Assembly: GCA_963799845.1 (NCBI GenBank)
Contig: CAWCYI010000006.1
Coordinates: 928,001-992,000, forward strand
Source of the DNA: an uncultured Nitrososphaerota archaeon
GTDB lineage: Archaea > Thermoproteota > Nitrososphaeria > Nitrososphaerales > CADDZS01
DNA: 64,000 nucleotides
Direction: 5' to 3'
In this document: piece by piece, positions 30,977 to 42,483 of the stretch
Layout: every line of letters starts with the position of its first letter
Position numbering within the stretch: the first letter of the stretch is position 1
The notes under the pieces: model-generated
What the model was told of the DNA's origin: nothing
The model's input: the letters and a program-made list of their open reading frames with translations, nothing else
The model's database searches: none
Translations under genes and position numbers: made by a program

Positions 30977-31147
30977 ATGAAGGGTAAAAATACGAGTGGA
31001 CGTGCTGGAAAAAGGAAACTGAAGACGGGTTTCGCTGCAATGTCAAAGGAAAAGCGGATAGAAGCAGCAAGAAAGGGAGGGAGGGCGACAGCTGAGAGCA
31101 AGGGCGAGGCGTCATTAACCGTCCTAGTGTTCCCTCAAATGTCTTGA
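30977..31147 (+). CDS. KGG-motif stress microprotein (not in the ORF track)
   Basis: KTGFAAMSKEKRIEAARKGG. Confidence 0.7.
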   Translation: MKGKNTSGRAGKRKLKTGFAAMSKEKRIEAARKGGRATAESKGEASLTVLVFPQMS

Positions 31148-31250
31148 TCCTGTAGTTCTATATTATAAGACTCCGGCAGACTGGGTCGTCTGCACTAACA
31201 GACGACAAGTTTAATGAAACCCCTCGGTCCTGGCGCGGCTCTTGAAGCTC

Positions 31251-31640
31251 ATGAAGGAAATCCAGCCAATTAAAATAAAGTGGATTCAAGGAAACGAGAA
31301 TCAAAAGTGGCCGAAACACGGGCGATCCAAATCAATCAAGGTGGTCACGCAAATAAGAGCACGAGCACCTTCGTGCGCGAGTTGCGAGCTACCAATCTTA
31401 TTCACGCTGTCAAAGGCTCCTGATGGAATGCGAGCCAAGGCAATAATTCAAGAAGTAATCGCAAACTGGTTTAGCGACTTCTCAGAGGACGACCGTCGGG
31501 CGAGGTATGCAGAGTCTAGGAAAAAGGTAACTCAGACGATCATAAAATTTTCAAAGAAGAATCTTGCACTGAAGGATCAAGTCTTCTCAGAGCCCATCGG
31601 AACTTGGAGAATTAAGCCAAAGGGGGCGCGTCCGAGTGTC
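31251..31640 (+). pseudogene. Mrr N-terminal-like wHTH protein, 3' end interrupted by IS110
   Basis: Paralog of 1327-1789; similarity ends at KGA just before the IS core. Confidence 0.65.
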
Positions 31641-31682
31641 TCCCGTGAAAATCTTCTATTGAAGAAGGAATATTAAACATCA

Positions 31683-32912
31683 TCAAGTCACTCCTGTCTG
31701 CCTGCTATTTTCCTTTTTTCTCCGATTGTGACGGCCAAGCATGCGATCAAGATTCGTTGAGTACTGCTCCAGTACGCTAACGTCCGATGAAAGGCTTTTG
31801 GCTAGCTCTGGAACGCTCTCTGGTAGTATCGCGTCTTTGATGACTCTTTGAGCATTGAAGGATGTTTGCCTCATCTTCTTCGCTGTCAGATACTTGTCCT
31901 CCTCGACGTACCTCTGCTTGAATGTAAGCATCTTCCAGACAATGCAGGCGAGTTTCCTTGCAGCATCAACCTGAGCCTCCTGAGGAGCTTTCCCCCTCTT
32001 GATGTGCTTCAGGTAGACTCTTTTGACAGCAGAATCCGTCTTGGCTTTCACGGCTCCACTCACTGCGCATGTTAGAGCGTACTTCAATATGACGTCGCCG
32101 TGCTTTACGTGTTCGTGGTGGGACTCACGCTCTCCACTGTTGTCAGCACCTGGAACGACTCCGGCATACGAGCAGAGATGTTTCTTTGTGGGGAACCTTG
32201 AAGCGTCTCCTATTCTTGCCTTGATGGCTACTGCGGTGAAAGCATTGATGCCAGGGTGACTGAACAGAAGCTGGCAGTCTTCGTCTGAGGCTGCCATCTT
32301 TGCAATCTCGGTCTCAACCTCCGTATGCTGGGTTGCATAGAACTTGAGCTCCGAAAGATGCAATGCGAGAGCCAGCCTGTCTTGCTTTGGAAGCTCTATC
32401 TCTCCGAGCTTTTGAAGACCTCCGTTACTGAACACGTCAGAGAATTCTGAGAACTCGCTCTGGACCATGTTTCTCTCCAGTAGAGCTTGGATCTGGTTCT
32501 TTACTCTCGATATCTTTGCGCCAATCTCTATCTGTTGGGTCACAAGAAAGCGCATGTCTTCTATGTACTGTGAGGGAACGTAGCACCTTCTCAAGTAGCC
32601 CAGTGCATCCTCCTTGACGATACGCTCGCAGTCTCTCTTATCGGTTTTCACAGATGCTTTCTTCTCTGGTGGCGCAACCATGTGAATCACGTGCTGGTTT
32701 GATGCGAAAGAAGAAATCATTCTCGTGACCGCCTTTCCAGTTGTGCTAGATTCGATGACAAATACAGATTTGTCCGGAATCTTTGCTAGCATCTCAGAGA
32801 CTCCTGCCCTGCTCGTCTTGAAGACGAAGGATTGTATGGGTGACTCTTCTCCGTCCGCGAAGACCTGCGTGGTGCAGCTCTTCTTATGTGCGTCTATTCC
32901 GACTCTCGTCAT
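31683..32912 (-). CDS. IS110 recombinase (DEDD)
   Basis: VGIDAHK, VIESS, KTDKRDC, SG motif. Confidence 0.95.
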   Translation of the reverse strand: MTRVGIDAHKKSCTTQVFADGEESPIQSFVFKTSRAGVSEMLAKIPDKSVFVIESSTTGKAVTRMISSFASNQHVIHMVAPPEKKASVKTDKRDCERIVKEDALGYLRRCYVPSQYIEDMRFLVTQQIEIGAKISRVKNQIQALLERNMVQSEFSEFSDVFSNGGLQKLGEIELPKQDRLALALHLSELKFYATQHTEVETEIAKMAASDEDCQLLFSHPGINAFTAVAIKARIGDASRFPTKKHLCSYAGVVPGADNSGERESHHEHVKHGDVILKYALTCAVSGAVKAKTDSAVKRVYLKHIKRGKAPQEAQVDAARKLACIVWKMLTFKQRYVEEDKYLTAKKMRQTSFNAQRVIKDAILPESVPELAKSLSSDVSVLEQYSTNLDRMLGRHNRRKKENSRQTGVT

Positions 32913-32949
32913 TGGTTTCGATTCATACTCCTATTGTTTGACTGGTTGT

Positions 32950-33135
32950 TTGCGTCATGGATCCCAGACCGACAATCTCCCGTACGTCCATTATGGACAA
33001 GCGGGCCGGTCGTTTCGATCATCGTCAATTGTGACGATGACTGTGCAGCCATGCTGGGGAACATGCACAAGGCACAAGAGATTCGAAGGCTGCGGGGATC
33101 CATGACCACAACTCCAGCTGTCTCTTGCTGGAGGG
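32950..33135 (-). ncRNA. Putative bridge RNA of IS110 type A
   Basis: Enclosing stem 32954-32965/33095-33106; internal loops match the target and donor junctions. Confidence 0.8.
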
Positions 33136-33327
33136 GAGAGGCTAATCTAAGATTTTCATGCCCGCTGGGGATTCGCACCTAATTAGGTACCAGTACCAAA
33201 GAATCGTTTTATGGCAAGGAAATAGCCGAAATGGTAAAAATAATATGAGGTTCCACGTGGGGATTTGACTCGGATAACTTAGCTTAGTGAATCGATGTAT
33301 ATTTGTCGTTACTTATCTGAAACCTCA

Positions 33328-33385
33328 CGTGCGGGGGTCCCACATTCCGCGCCCGGAATCTTATCCTTTTGTGATTATTTACTAG
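33328..33385 (-). repeat. Repeat copy, palindrome split by IS110 type B
   Basis: CGTGCGGGGGTCCCACATTCCGCGC...ATTTACTAG. Confidence 0.85.
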
Positions 33386-33433
33386 GTGACATGATCGACA
33401 GAGTTAACGGAAGGTAAAGCCACAGCCAAGCAC

Positions 33434-34414
33434 ATGTACGCAGCTATAGATCTTCATCAAAGAACCGTCCAGCTGAGTACTCAAGGACGAAAGAGGACAG
33501 ATTGCAGGTGAGACGAAAATTGGCAAGGATGCAAGGAGCATACTCGAGTTTCTCGATGGCACTGACGCCAGAGTAGTCATGGAATCGGGCTACAACCATG
33601 AACACATCTACGATCTCCTCAAAGAAGAGGGATACGATGTTAAGGTAGCTCATCCGCTGTTGGTTAAGGCGATCGCCTACGCAAAGGTGAAAAATGACAA
33701 GGTGGACGCAAGGATGCTCGCAGATTTATTGAGACTAGACATGATTCCAGAGTGCTACATTCCAAGGAAAGAGACGAGAGAACTAAGAGACCTCGCAAGG
33801 AGGAGGCACTATTTCGTCTCGACAAGAACCACGTTCAAAAACAAAATCCATGCTGAGCTCAGCAGGAGATGGATTGATTACAGCAAAACAGATCTCTTCA
33901 CGCAGGTCGGAAGAGACCATCTAAAATCCCTTCATATTGCAGCAGTAGATGACTATCTCGACTCGATAGAGTTCCTAGATGCGAAAATAAAGGAGCTTGA
34001 CAGCCAAATCAAGGAACAGGCTCTTCAAGACAAGTACGCAAAACTACTTGTGACGGTGCCTGGAATATCTTACTACGGAGCTCTGCTAATCTCGAGCGAG
34101 ATTGCAGGACATCAATAGATTCCCAGATGCCGAACACTTGTGCTCGTACGCAAAATTAGCTCCTGGAACACACCAATCGGGAGAGACTCAATTCCAGAAA
34201 CCAGATCGAAAAGGAAATCGCATGCTCAACTGGATAATGATCCAGTGCGCACACATCCACGTCCTAAACTGCAATTCATCTATAACCAGGCATTACAACA
34301 AAATCAAGGAGACAAAAGGAGCAAAGATCGCTATCGTCGCAGCGGCGAGAAAGCTCGACGTGCGCAATCTACATGATGCTGAAGGAAGAAAGAGCCTTCA
34401 GGCTGGACGGCTAA
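33434..34414 (+). CDS. IS110 recombinase B (several apparent frameshifts)
   Basis: MYAAIDLH, VMESG, KNDKVDA, TVPGIS, CSYAKLAPGTHQSG, AARKL. Confidence 0.85.
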
Positions 34415-34419
34415 ACCAT

Positions 34420-34570
34420 AGACTGGGCTCGAGAATTTACTGCATCGCCAGGATGCGTTTACTAGGATGAGCCAAAGGCAATAAGCGAAAGCCACAATGT
34501 TCCATTTGGGAACGAATGGGAGTATGCTCGTCCAGCATAGGAATGGATATTAGGTGATAGAGCCCAGCCG
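34420..34570 (+). ncRNA. Putative bridge/seek RNA of IS110 type B
   Basis: GGCTC-[GAATTTACT]-GCATC..GATGC-[TTTACTAG]-GAGCC loop; second loop contains ATGGGAG. Confidence 0.78.
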
Positions 34571-34577
34571 ACATGGG

Positions 34578-34647
34578 AGTAAATTCGTGCGGGGGTCCCA
34601 CATTGGGCACACGGAATTATCCGTTCTTTGGAATTTACTAGTAAAAT
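34578..34647 (-). repeat. Repeat copy
   Basis: AGTAAATTCGTGCGGGGGTCCCACATT...AATTTACTAGTAAAAT. Confidence 0.85.
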
Positions 34648-34727
34648 TGTGTGTGACAATCCCATCGACCGACCTTCCCTGGCCCTTATCAATTAGAGCT
34701 GGAAAAGCTAATCATATTCAGACAAAG

Positions 34728-37700
34728 TCACCAACGTATTGGAGTCTGCGAAGGACTCGGCTGAGGTAATCCTAACCGCCTGATGAACGAATCCCATCTT
34801 CGATCCTCCCGCACGGGAGCAAACAACGGTAATAATCTAAGGTCCAAAAGGTAGCTTCCATGCTGCGTAAAAAGGGAGTGATCTTCCCGCGCCTCTTCGA
34901 GAAGACGGAAGCCTTCGTCTTTCTTTCCTAGCGAAAAGTATACCTGCGCTATCTTCATTTTAGAGATATATTCGCCCTTGGAGCTCTCTTCGAGCTCTCT
35001 GAGAATTTTACTAGCTTCCTCTCTTTGACCCACAAACCCTAGTGCAATAGCCAGATCGGCCTTCCATATCGGATCACCCCCAGACATTGTCACCGCCTTT
35101 CGAAATTCACTGATCCCTTCCTCCGTTCTGGAATCACAATAGTACGCCCAGCCAAGAGCGCTGTGATTAGGTGGATATTCAGGATCTACCTTTAGTGCAG
35201 TTTCAAGCTGTTCCACGGCCTCGCCAGGTCTACCAGCGTAAAAAGGAACTGCGGCCAGATTCAAGTTTCCAGGGCGAAGGAGCGGATCAAGTTCGACTGC
35301 CAACTTTATCTGTTCTCGGGCCTCTTCAAATCTTGTAAGAAAACCGAGCAACAGTCCATACCACATATGGGCTTTAGCGTAGCTTGGCTTGAGTTCGAGA
35401 GCGATTTTGTATTCAGCTTCAGATTCCTTCCACTTGCCTTCGTAATCGTTGAATACATCTGCGAGTGTAGTATGCGGCTCAGCCAGCCTTGGATCTATTT
35501 CTATGGATTTTAGCGCGTATTGTTTAGCCTTCGGAAATGAATCTTCCGGTTTCATCCAGGTGCGAGAACCATAAAGTATGTAGCAATCTGCTAGTCCGGA
35601 ATAAGCTAGTGCATATTTGGAGTCCAACTTGGCTGCCTCCTCGAAGTATCTTACCCCTTTATCCGTACTTTCTCTTGTTCTCTCCTCCCAGAAGTAACGT
35701 CCTCTTAGGTAGAGCATGTAGGCTTGTGTGTTTCCAGTTGCCCTCATTTCTAGATCCCTTTTTTCGACTGATAGCAACTGGACCGTCAAAGCCTGGGAGA
35801 CGTTCATGGCAATCTCTTTCTGTACTCCGAAGACGCTATCCAGCTTCCTATCATAGTCCTGGGACCACAGATGTTCATCGCTACGGGTGTCAATCAGTTG
35901 CACAGTTATTCTTAAGTTGTCGGAGTCTTTTCTCACAGTGCCTTCAAGAATACTTCCAACGTGCAGCTCCTCAGAAATTTCTTCGATATTCTTGCTGGTA
36001 GTCTTGTAGCGCATTATGGAAGTCCGAGAGATCACTTTGAGCCCTCGGATCTTGGACAGATTGGATATTATTTCATCAGTCATACCATCAGCAAAATACT
36101 CATCCCCAGAATCCGGACTGATGTTTGCAAATGGCAGGACTGCAACACGGTGAATATCAAGCTGGTCGCCGGGTTTCTTCGAATCCGGTCTGCTCTCTTC
36201 CACGGGGAGCTCTATCTTGTAAACATTTTCTTGGGCTTGGAGCCCAATTTTCTTCATGAACGCGACAAATCTCGGGTCTTTTTTCATGCCACTAAACCAT
36301 GGCCACCAGTTGAGATAGGGAATCGTGTTTGACCTTTCCTGGTAGGCTTTCTCAAGGTAAGTGAACCCTTCATCGATTCTTCCGGCACCGAAGAGAGCAT
36401 AGGCTATTAGCCCACTGTCAACATAAGAGGTGTTGGAAAGCGCAATTAGCTCTTGTACTACTTCACTTGCTTCGTCGTGCTTCCCAGAGAATCCAAGCAA
36501 ACAAGCGAGATGAGCCCTGCAATTTGGATCTTCATGGGATATTTCGACAGACTTGCGAACTGCTCTGATGGCTTCGTCTATCCGTGATGCCATGTAATAT
36601 GCCCAGCCAAGCCAAACATATGCAAAGGCATAATCTTGATTTTCTTCGATGACCTTTTCGAATTGCCTAATGGCCTCGCTGATTTTGCCATTCGCATATA
36701 ATACCTCACCCACGTTAACCCCGATTACACGTGACAGCGGGTCAAGCTCATGAGCACGCGCGATATTCGTGTATGCTTCGTCTAGTCTGCCTTGTGAACG
36801 AAGGATGAGTGATAGCCAGTGGTAAGCTGTCGCGTAGCTGGGATTAAGCTCGATAGCCCGTTTCAACTCTATCTCCCCCTCGTTCCACTTGAAATCATAA
36901 TTTGAGAGCGCTATTCCGAAGGAAGCGTGTGGTTCGGCTAATCGAGGATCCAACGAAATAGCCTGCAACGAAAACTCCTTGACTCGCAGAAACGCTTCTT
37001 TGGGAGCCAGCCATAGATAGTCGGCATAGATGATGTAGCAATCTGCCAGCGCTCCATACGCTAGCCCAAATCTAGCGTCAAGCCCAATCGCTTTTTCGAA
37101 GTATTTTACGGCCTTGTCGACTGCTTCTCTGCTTCTCTCGTTGAGGTAGTATCTTCCCTTCAGGAACAATGTGTAAGCTTCATCACTCTTCGTGGGAAGG
37201 TTATTTTCGATTTCCTTTTTTTCTTTTGAAAAGAGGTTGATCTCAAGAGCGGCAGCTACTCGCTGGGCAATCTCGCTCTGAATAGCGAAAATGTCTTCGA
37301 GCTCTTTGTCGTAGCTTTGATTCCAAAGATGTACGTCACTAATCGAATCAATGAGCTGTGTTGTAATTCTTAATTTGTTGCCCGATTTCCTCACACTCCC
37401 TTCCAGGATTTTTCCCACGTTGAGCTCTTTTCCTATTTCCGTTGCAGTTTTCTTCGAATTTTTGAACTTCATCGCAGAAGTTCTGGAAATTACGATCAGG
37501 TTTGGAATTTTTGACACCGAGGAGATCATTTCCTCGGTCATGCCGTCAGCGAAGTACTCGTCATTGGGATCCTGACTCATGTTCGCGAAGGGGAGGACTG
37601 CGATCCTATTGCTGTCGATTTTTCCCTTTGGCTCTAATCCTCTTTCATCCCAAGGGAGATCGATCTTGTACACCTCAATCGGGAGAATCTACATTCTTGA

Positions 37701-38568
37701 GTAATTTTTCTCCCAAGCTGGTAAATGTCAAATCAATCTTATTTCGCACTTGATCGTAAACCTGTCGCGTCAAACAGACACCACCACTATCTGCAAGAGG
37801 TTCAATCCTGGAAGCTACATTGACTGCATCACCAAAAATGTCCCCACCGTATTCGACGACGTCTCCAAGATGGATCCCAATCCTTAAACTGAACCTTTTA
37901 TCGACGGGCAGAACAATATTGAATTCCCTCACAGCTCTCTGAATATCATACCCACACCTCACGCCATTTAGGGCATCTGGGAACTGTACTAAAAATGCAT
38001 CCCCGATCATTTTCACTATCGTTCCTCCATGCCTTTGGAATATGGGTCGGAGCAGTTTACTGCTTTCTTGAAGTAGAGCAAGTGAAATCGACTCATCTTT
38101 TTGTCCCAGCGCCGTGAAGCCCACCATATCGGTAAACATTATTGTAGCAAGATGACGGTGACCTTGTTCTAAGATCTGTTTTTCCTGGTTCGATACTTCA
38201 TGGACTTGGGGAACTATGGCTGCTTCGATTTCTTGATCTGTGCGCTGCGATTGTATTCTTTTTTGTATCGCAGCTCTGGGATCAGAAATTCTGAACCGCA
38301 TCACTTCACCATCGCGGCCGCGCTCGCCCTCGATGTACCTCATCTCAATCAGACCATTCGTTATGAGATCTTGAAGATCCGTGCCGACCTGTCCTGGTCT
38401 TTTGCCATACAGGGTGTTGGGGACAGATCCAGTCCCCTCCGCGATCTGAACCAGACTCCTCCACCCGCATCGATCCAGCGGGATTCTCAATACCTCGTCA
38501 TCTTTCACATAGGCATCTTTCAGAAATTCAAATAGCCGCTTTGACTTTGAATCTCTGAATTCTTCCAA
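34728..38568 (-). CDS. wHTH + adenylate cyclase + two (TolB-N-like + TPR) modules, frameshift near 37675
   Basis: GWRSL..TLYG..GERGRDGEVMRFRI; TIMFTDMVG, VKMIGD, DIFGDAVNVASR; two AVLPFAN modules. Confidence 0.85.
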
Positions 38569-38842
38569 ACCGTGTTCTCTTGAAAATCACGTGTAAGGCA
38601 TAAAAAAAGTTAAGCAGAATTATCGACAGAAAAGCCCCCTTTTGATGCCGCTGCTTGAGAGAAGAGACCAGGTCGAGAACATTCTCGAAAAACTGAAGCG
38701 GTATTTCACAAAAGGCAGTTACATTTAGTTGAATTCCACAGGTTTTCGGCACAGAGCAACTCGCTGGGGATCGAATTACTTACTGCGTTGCTGAGTCTGG
38801 ATACGAACAGAGGGGTCCTGGGAGTCAGAGTTGAACGAGTTA

Positions 38843-39966
38843 ACCTGGCCGACATAAATTATTAGACTGAAAGGGCCACAGACCTAGACATTCTCATTTT
38901 TGGCCAACTTCCCTTCCTATCTCAGGTTGTATGTCTCGATTACAGGCACCGAAGGAGATTGTTGAAGAGGCTTATAGAGAGGAGAGGGACGCAAACGTAA
39001 GCAAGAGGATATTCCTCGTTCTGAAGGTCAAGTACGAGGGTGTCCCGGCGTCGCACGTAGCAAGGGAAGTTCACCGGCACAAATCATGGACGACACCGTG
39101 GCTTAGACGTTTCGAGAAAGATGGGCTAGAAGGACTCAAGACGATGGAAAGGAGCGGGAGACCTCCGAAGCTCGATCACAACAAGTTCATTGCGGTGAAG
39201 AGGAAGGTCGTGAAGAACGAATGCGGCTGGACCGTGAAGGAGGTCAGGGAGATGATCCGCAAGGAAGCAGACGTGGCATACACTGAGAGACACATCTACA
39301 GGTTGATGCAGAAGTGGGGAGTGAGAGCAATTGTCCCTGACAAGAGGTTACTTCACAAGGCTTCCCTCGAAGAGAGGCTCGAATTTAAAAAAGGACCGCA
39401 AGACTCCTCAGGAATATCCCGGAAGGCTTCACCGTAGCATCCGAAGACGAATCAATCTTCGTCCAGAACATAGAAACCAAAAGGGTGTGGGCGGTCAAAG
39501 GGATTCGACCGATTCGGATTGTGTCAGGCTCGCACGGCAACACCGTGGTGTTTGGAGCGATCAGCCTGGACGGGACACAAATCTTCAGGCAGTACGAGAA
39601 ATTCAATGGCGAGACATTCCTCGACTACCTGAAGAAGGTGCACAGGAAGTTTGGATCACTCTATCTCTTCCTTGACAAAGCAAGGCAACACCACAAAACC
39701 AGGATCGTAACTGATTATTTGGGTAAGAACAGGAAGACTCTCAGAGTCAGATGGATCCCGACAGCTTCGCCAGAGTTCAACATGATGGAGGAGTGTTGGC
39801 GCGAGGGTGAGAAGGATCTCTCAAGGCTTCCAACCTTTCCGACGTCATTGAAAGAACTGAAATCAATCCTGGCAGAATACTATCGAACGCGAAGGTTTTG
39901 CTCGCATCTTGACATGAAGAAATTCCTTCTGACCAACAGGTGTCTATGAACTTATGTCGGCCAGGT
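38843..39966 (+). mobile_element. IS630-family element, copy 2 (transposase 38931-39949)
   Basis: Same IRs, TA duplication and ORFs as copy 1. Confidence 0.95.
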
Positions 39967-39995
39967 TAGTTCGGAATCCCATCGTAATTTGGCAA

Positions 39996-40081
39996 TTTTT
40001 ACTAGTAAATCCGTGCGGGGGTCCCACATCTCGCATTCATGATTTACTAGGAAAACTCATGTACGAATCCCGTACCTCGCA
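39996..40081 (-). repeat. Two tandem repeat copies
   Basis: TTTACTAGTAAATCCGTGCGGGGGTCCCACATCTCGCA; TTTACTAGGAAAACTCATGTACGAATCCCGTACCTCGC. Confidence 0.85.
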
Positions 40082-40168
40082 AACCCCTTTACCAACAAAG
40101 TCTAACTTGTATCATCTAAGAATATCCGACGATCGTAACAACAAATCATTGACGGCCTTCGCAACTAA

Positions 40169-42282
40169 TCAGACTGAGTCAGGAAAACCAATTTTTTTCA
40201 GCAAAGCCTGAAACCTGGGATCTGTTTGAAGAGCTTCTAAAGTAAGACGGCTTTTGATCACAGTAATCATACCCTGATGCTGATCATAAGCTCGCTCGAG
40301 CCACTCCATTGCCTTGTCCTTTTCACCTAAACTCAAGTAAACTGAGGCAATCGCTATATCTGACCTGTGACTTTGTTCACTCATTCTGAGCAAGTCGGCG
40401 AGTATGTCTCTAACCTGATCCATTTTTCCAGCTCTTGCGTAAGCATAGGCAAGATCACCCTTTGGCATCGCGTTATCACCAAAGATTTCTATGGCTATTT
40501 TGATTTCAGAAATTCCTTCCTCGATAATTCCCTTCTCAACGTATGCAATACCCAGATTTTGGTGAGCCAGAGGTGAATTAGGATCTAGTTCAATAGCGTT
40601 TCTCAACAATTTTATAGCCTCGTCATAATGGCGCGACCCATTAAGCGCAGTTCCTGCCCAGGTGCAGGTAAAAGCTGACAACGGATCTAATTCCAAAGCA
40701 CGTTTACATTCCAAAACAGATTCCTGAAATCTACTCAAAAACATAAACGCAACTGCGAGGTCTAAATGACCATCCGCAAGGTTGGGATTTAGTTCGAGGG
40801 CTCGCCTGAATTCGATTTCCGCACTTCGAAAATCCCATTTATGCATAAACAGAACGAGCCCGAGTGCAAGATGAGATTGAGGAACGGAATAATCCAATTG
40901 GATTGCTCTTTCGGCAAACCGCTCGGCCTGAGGGTAGACTTCTTTCGACGGAAGAAGTTCGAAAAAGCCAATGTAAGCATAACTTCGGGCAATCTCGGCG
41001 TAGGCTTGCGCGTAATTCGGATCCTTTTGAATTGCCTGCTCGTAATAATCTATAGCTCTTCTGTAGGAATCAAGAACCGTTCGATGCCTGTAAGTACGGC
41101 CCTTCAGGTACAAAGTGTAAGCTTCCAAGTTATCGGTTGGTCTCTTTGCTAACTCCTTGCTTTCCTTCGCTAGAATGGTGATCTGGAGTGAGTCAGCGAC
41201 CTTTTGAGCGATCTCTTTCTGTATTGAAAACACATTCTCGAATTTTCTATCATAATCCTGAGACCACAGATGCTCGTCATTTTCGACATCGATTAGCTGT
41301 GCCGTAATCCGCAGATCGTCTGCCGCCTTCCTGACACTTCCTTCTAGTACCGCACCGACCTTCAATTCCTTCGCGATTTCTGAAAGACTCTTTTTCGTTT
41401 GTTTGTACCTCATGACTGAAGTACGGGAGATGACTTTCAGCCCACTAATTTTAGAAAGTGTCGAAATAAGTTCTTCAGTCATGCCATCGGCGAAGTACTC
41501 ATCGTTCGGGTGGGACTTATATTTGCAAATGGAATGATAGCAATTCGATTTTTGTCCAGAGTCATTGCTTTCGTTGGTTTCGTCGCCGCATTGATTGACA
41601 CTGCTATTACTGGCTTTCCTAGTGAGGGGATCGCGAATAATTCGCTTCGGGATTCGTCAACGGGGAACGCAATTACATCAGATTTAATCTTGATTCCTCT
41701 CATCTTGATTACGTGAAGCTCTCTTCGCCCTTCTTCGGTTTGTCCGAACGATACAACGCCCGCAAAGAGCTGCTCCAATGCCGCAAGCACTCTAGGCTCA
41801 TGCATCCCTTCTTCCAATGTAGCTAGTAAGACTGTGTCATATTTTTTCACTTCAAGAAAGAGTTGATCCAGAAATTTGTAAATTGTGTCGGGTGGGTTCA
41901 ACATCAGAAGTGGGGAACAAACGTCTAGAACGATTCTAGTTTTGCGTTCGCTATTCTTCTTCAAGAGTTCCTTTATGCCGAACGACAGTTTAGTTAGGTC
42001 ATTCCCGTCGTACTTCATCTGTCCTCCTTCAGCGGATATCCAATTAACTAACCCGTTCCCCTTTAATTGGAACCCAAGAGAACTAGCATCTTGGAGTACT
42101 TCTCGGACAGATAATCTCGTCACATACAGACAGAAATCGCCCTGATGAAGTCCTGTTTGGATAAATTTGTAACCGAGAACCTCTTTTCCAATTCCTGTGG
42201 ATCCCGTTACAAGAATGACTGACTTGTTAGGGTATCCATCCCCCAAGAGCTGATCGAGAGAAGCAAGCCCAGTCGAGAACAA
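40169..42282 (-). CDS. KaiC/RAD55-like ATPase fused to TolB-N-like + TPR, frameshift near 41510
   Basis: TGLASLDQLLGDG, GSTGIGKE, VIKMRG; RIAIIPFANISP joins DEYFADGMTEELI. Confidence 0.82.
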
Positions 42283-42483
42283 GATTACTGCGGTTTCTCA
42301 GCGATGAGTCAGATAAACCTATCCTGCGATCGTTAATTCTTTGTAAGAAACTAAAAAGAAATGGTTCCTTGAAGATTTCGTTAAGTGAATTTCTCTCGGT
42401 TAAGCGTCTGATCGTTAAGAAGACGACAGACTTCATTAGTTAAGCCATAATCTTCAGGTTTTTTTCGTTGTATTCTTTGCGAT

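Larger units (their letters stand above)
31640..33166 (-). mobile_element. IS110-family element type A, complete copy
   Basis: CT core at 31640-31641 and 33165-33166; subterminal IR TGAAAATCTT/AAGATTTTCA. Confidence 0.9.
33386..34577 (+). mobile_element. IS110/IS1111-type element B inserted in TTTACT(AG)TAAA
   Basis: AG core duplicated at 33384-33385 and 34578-34579. Confidence 0.88.

Noticed and set aside
32725-33182. Short ORFs upstream of the IS110 recombinase
   Set aside because: They overlap the structured non-coding end (bridge RNA) and show no protein motifs.
34728-42282. Diversity-generating retroelement acting on the TPR paralogs
   Set aside because: There is no reverse transcriptase and no template/variable repeat pair with adenine-specific differences was visible.
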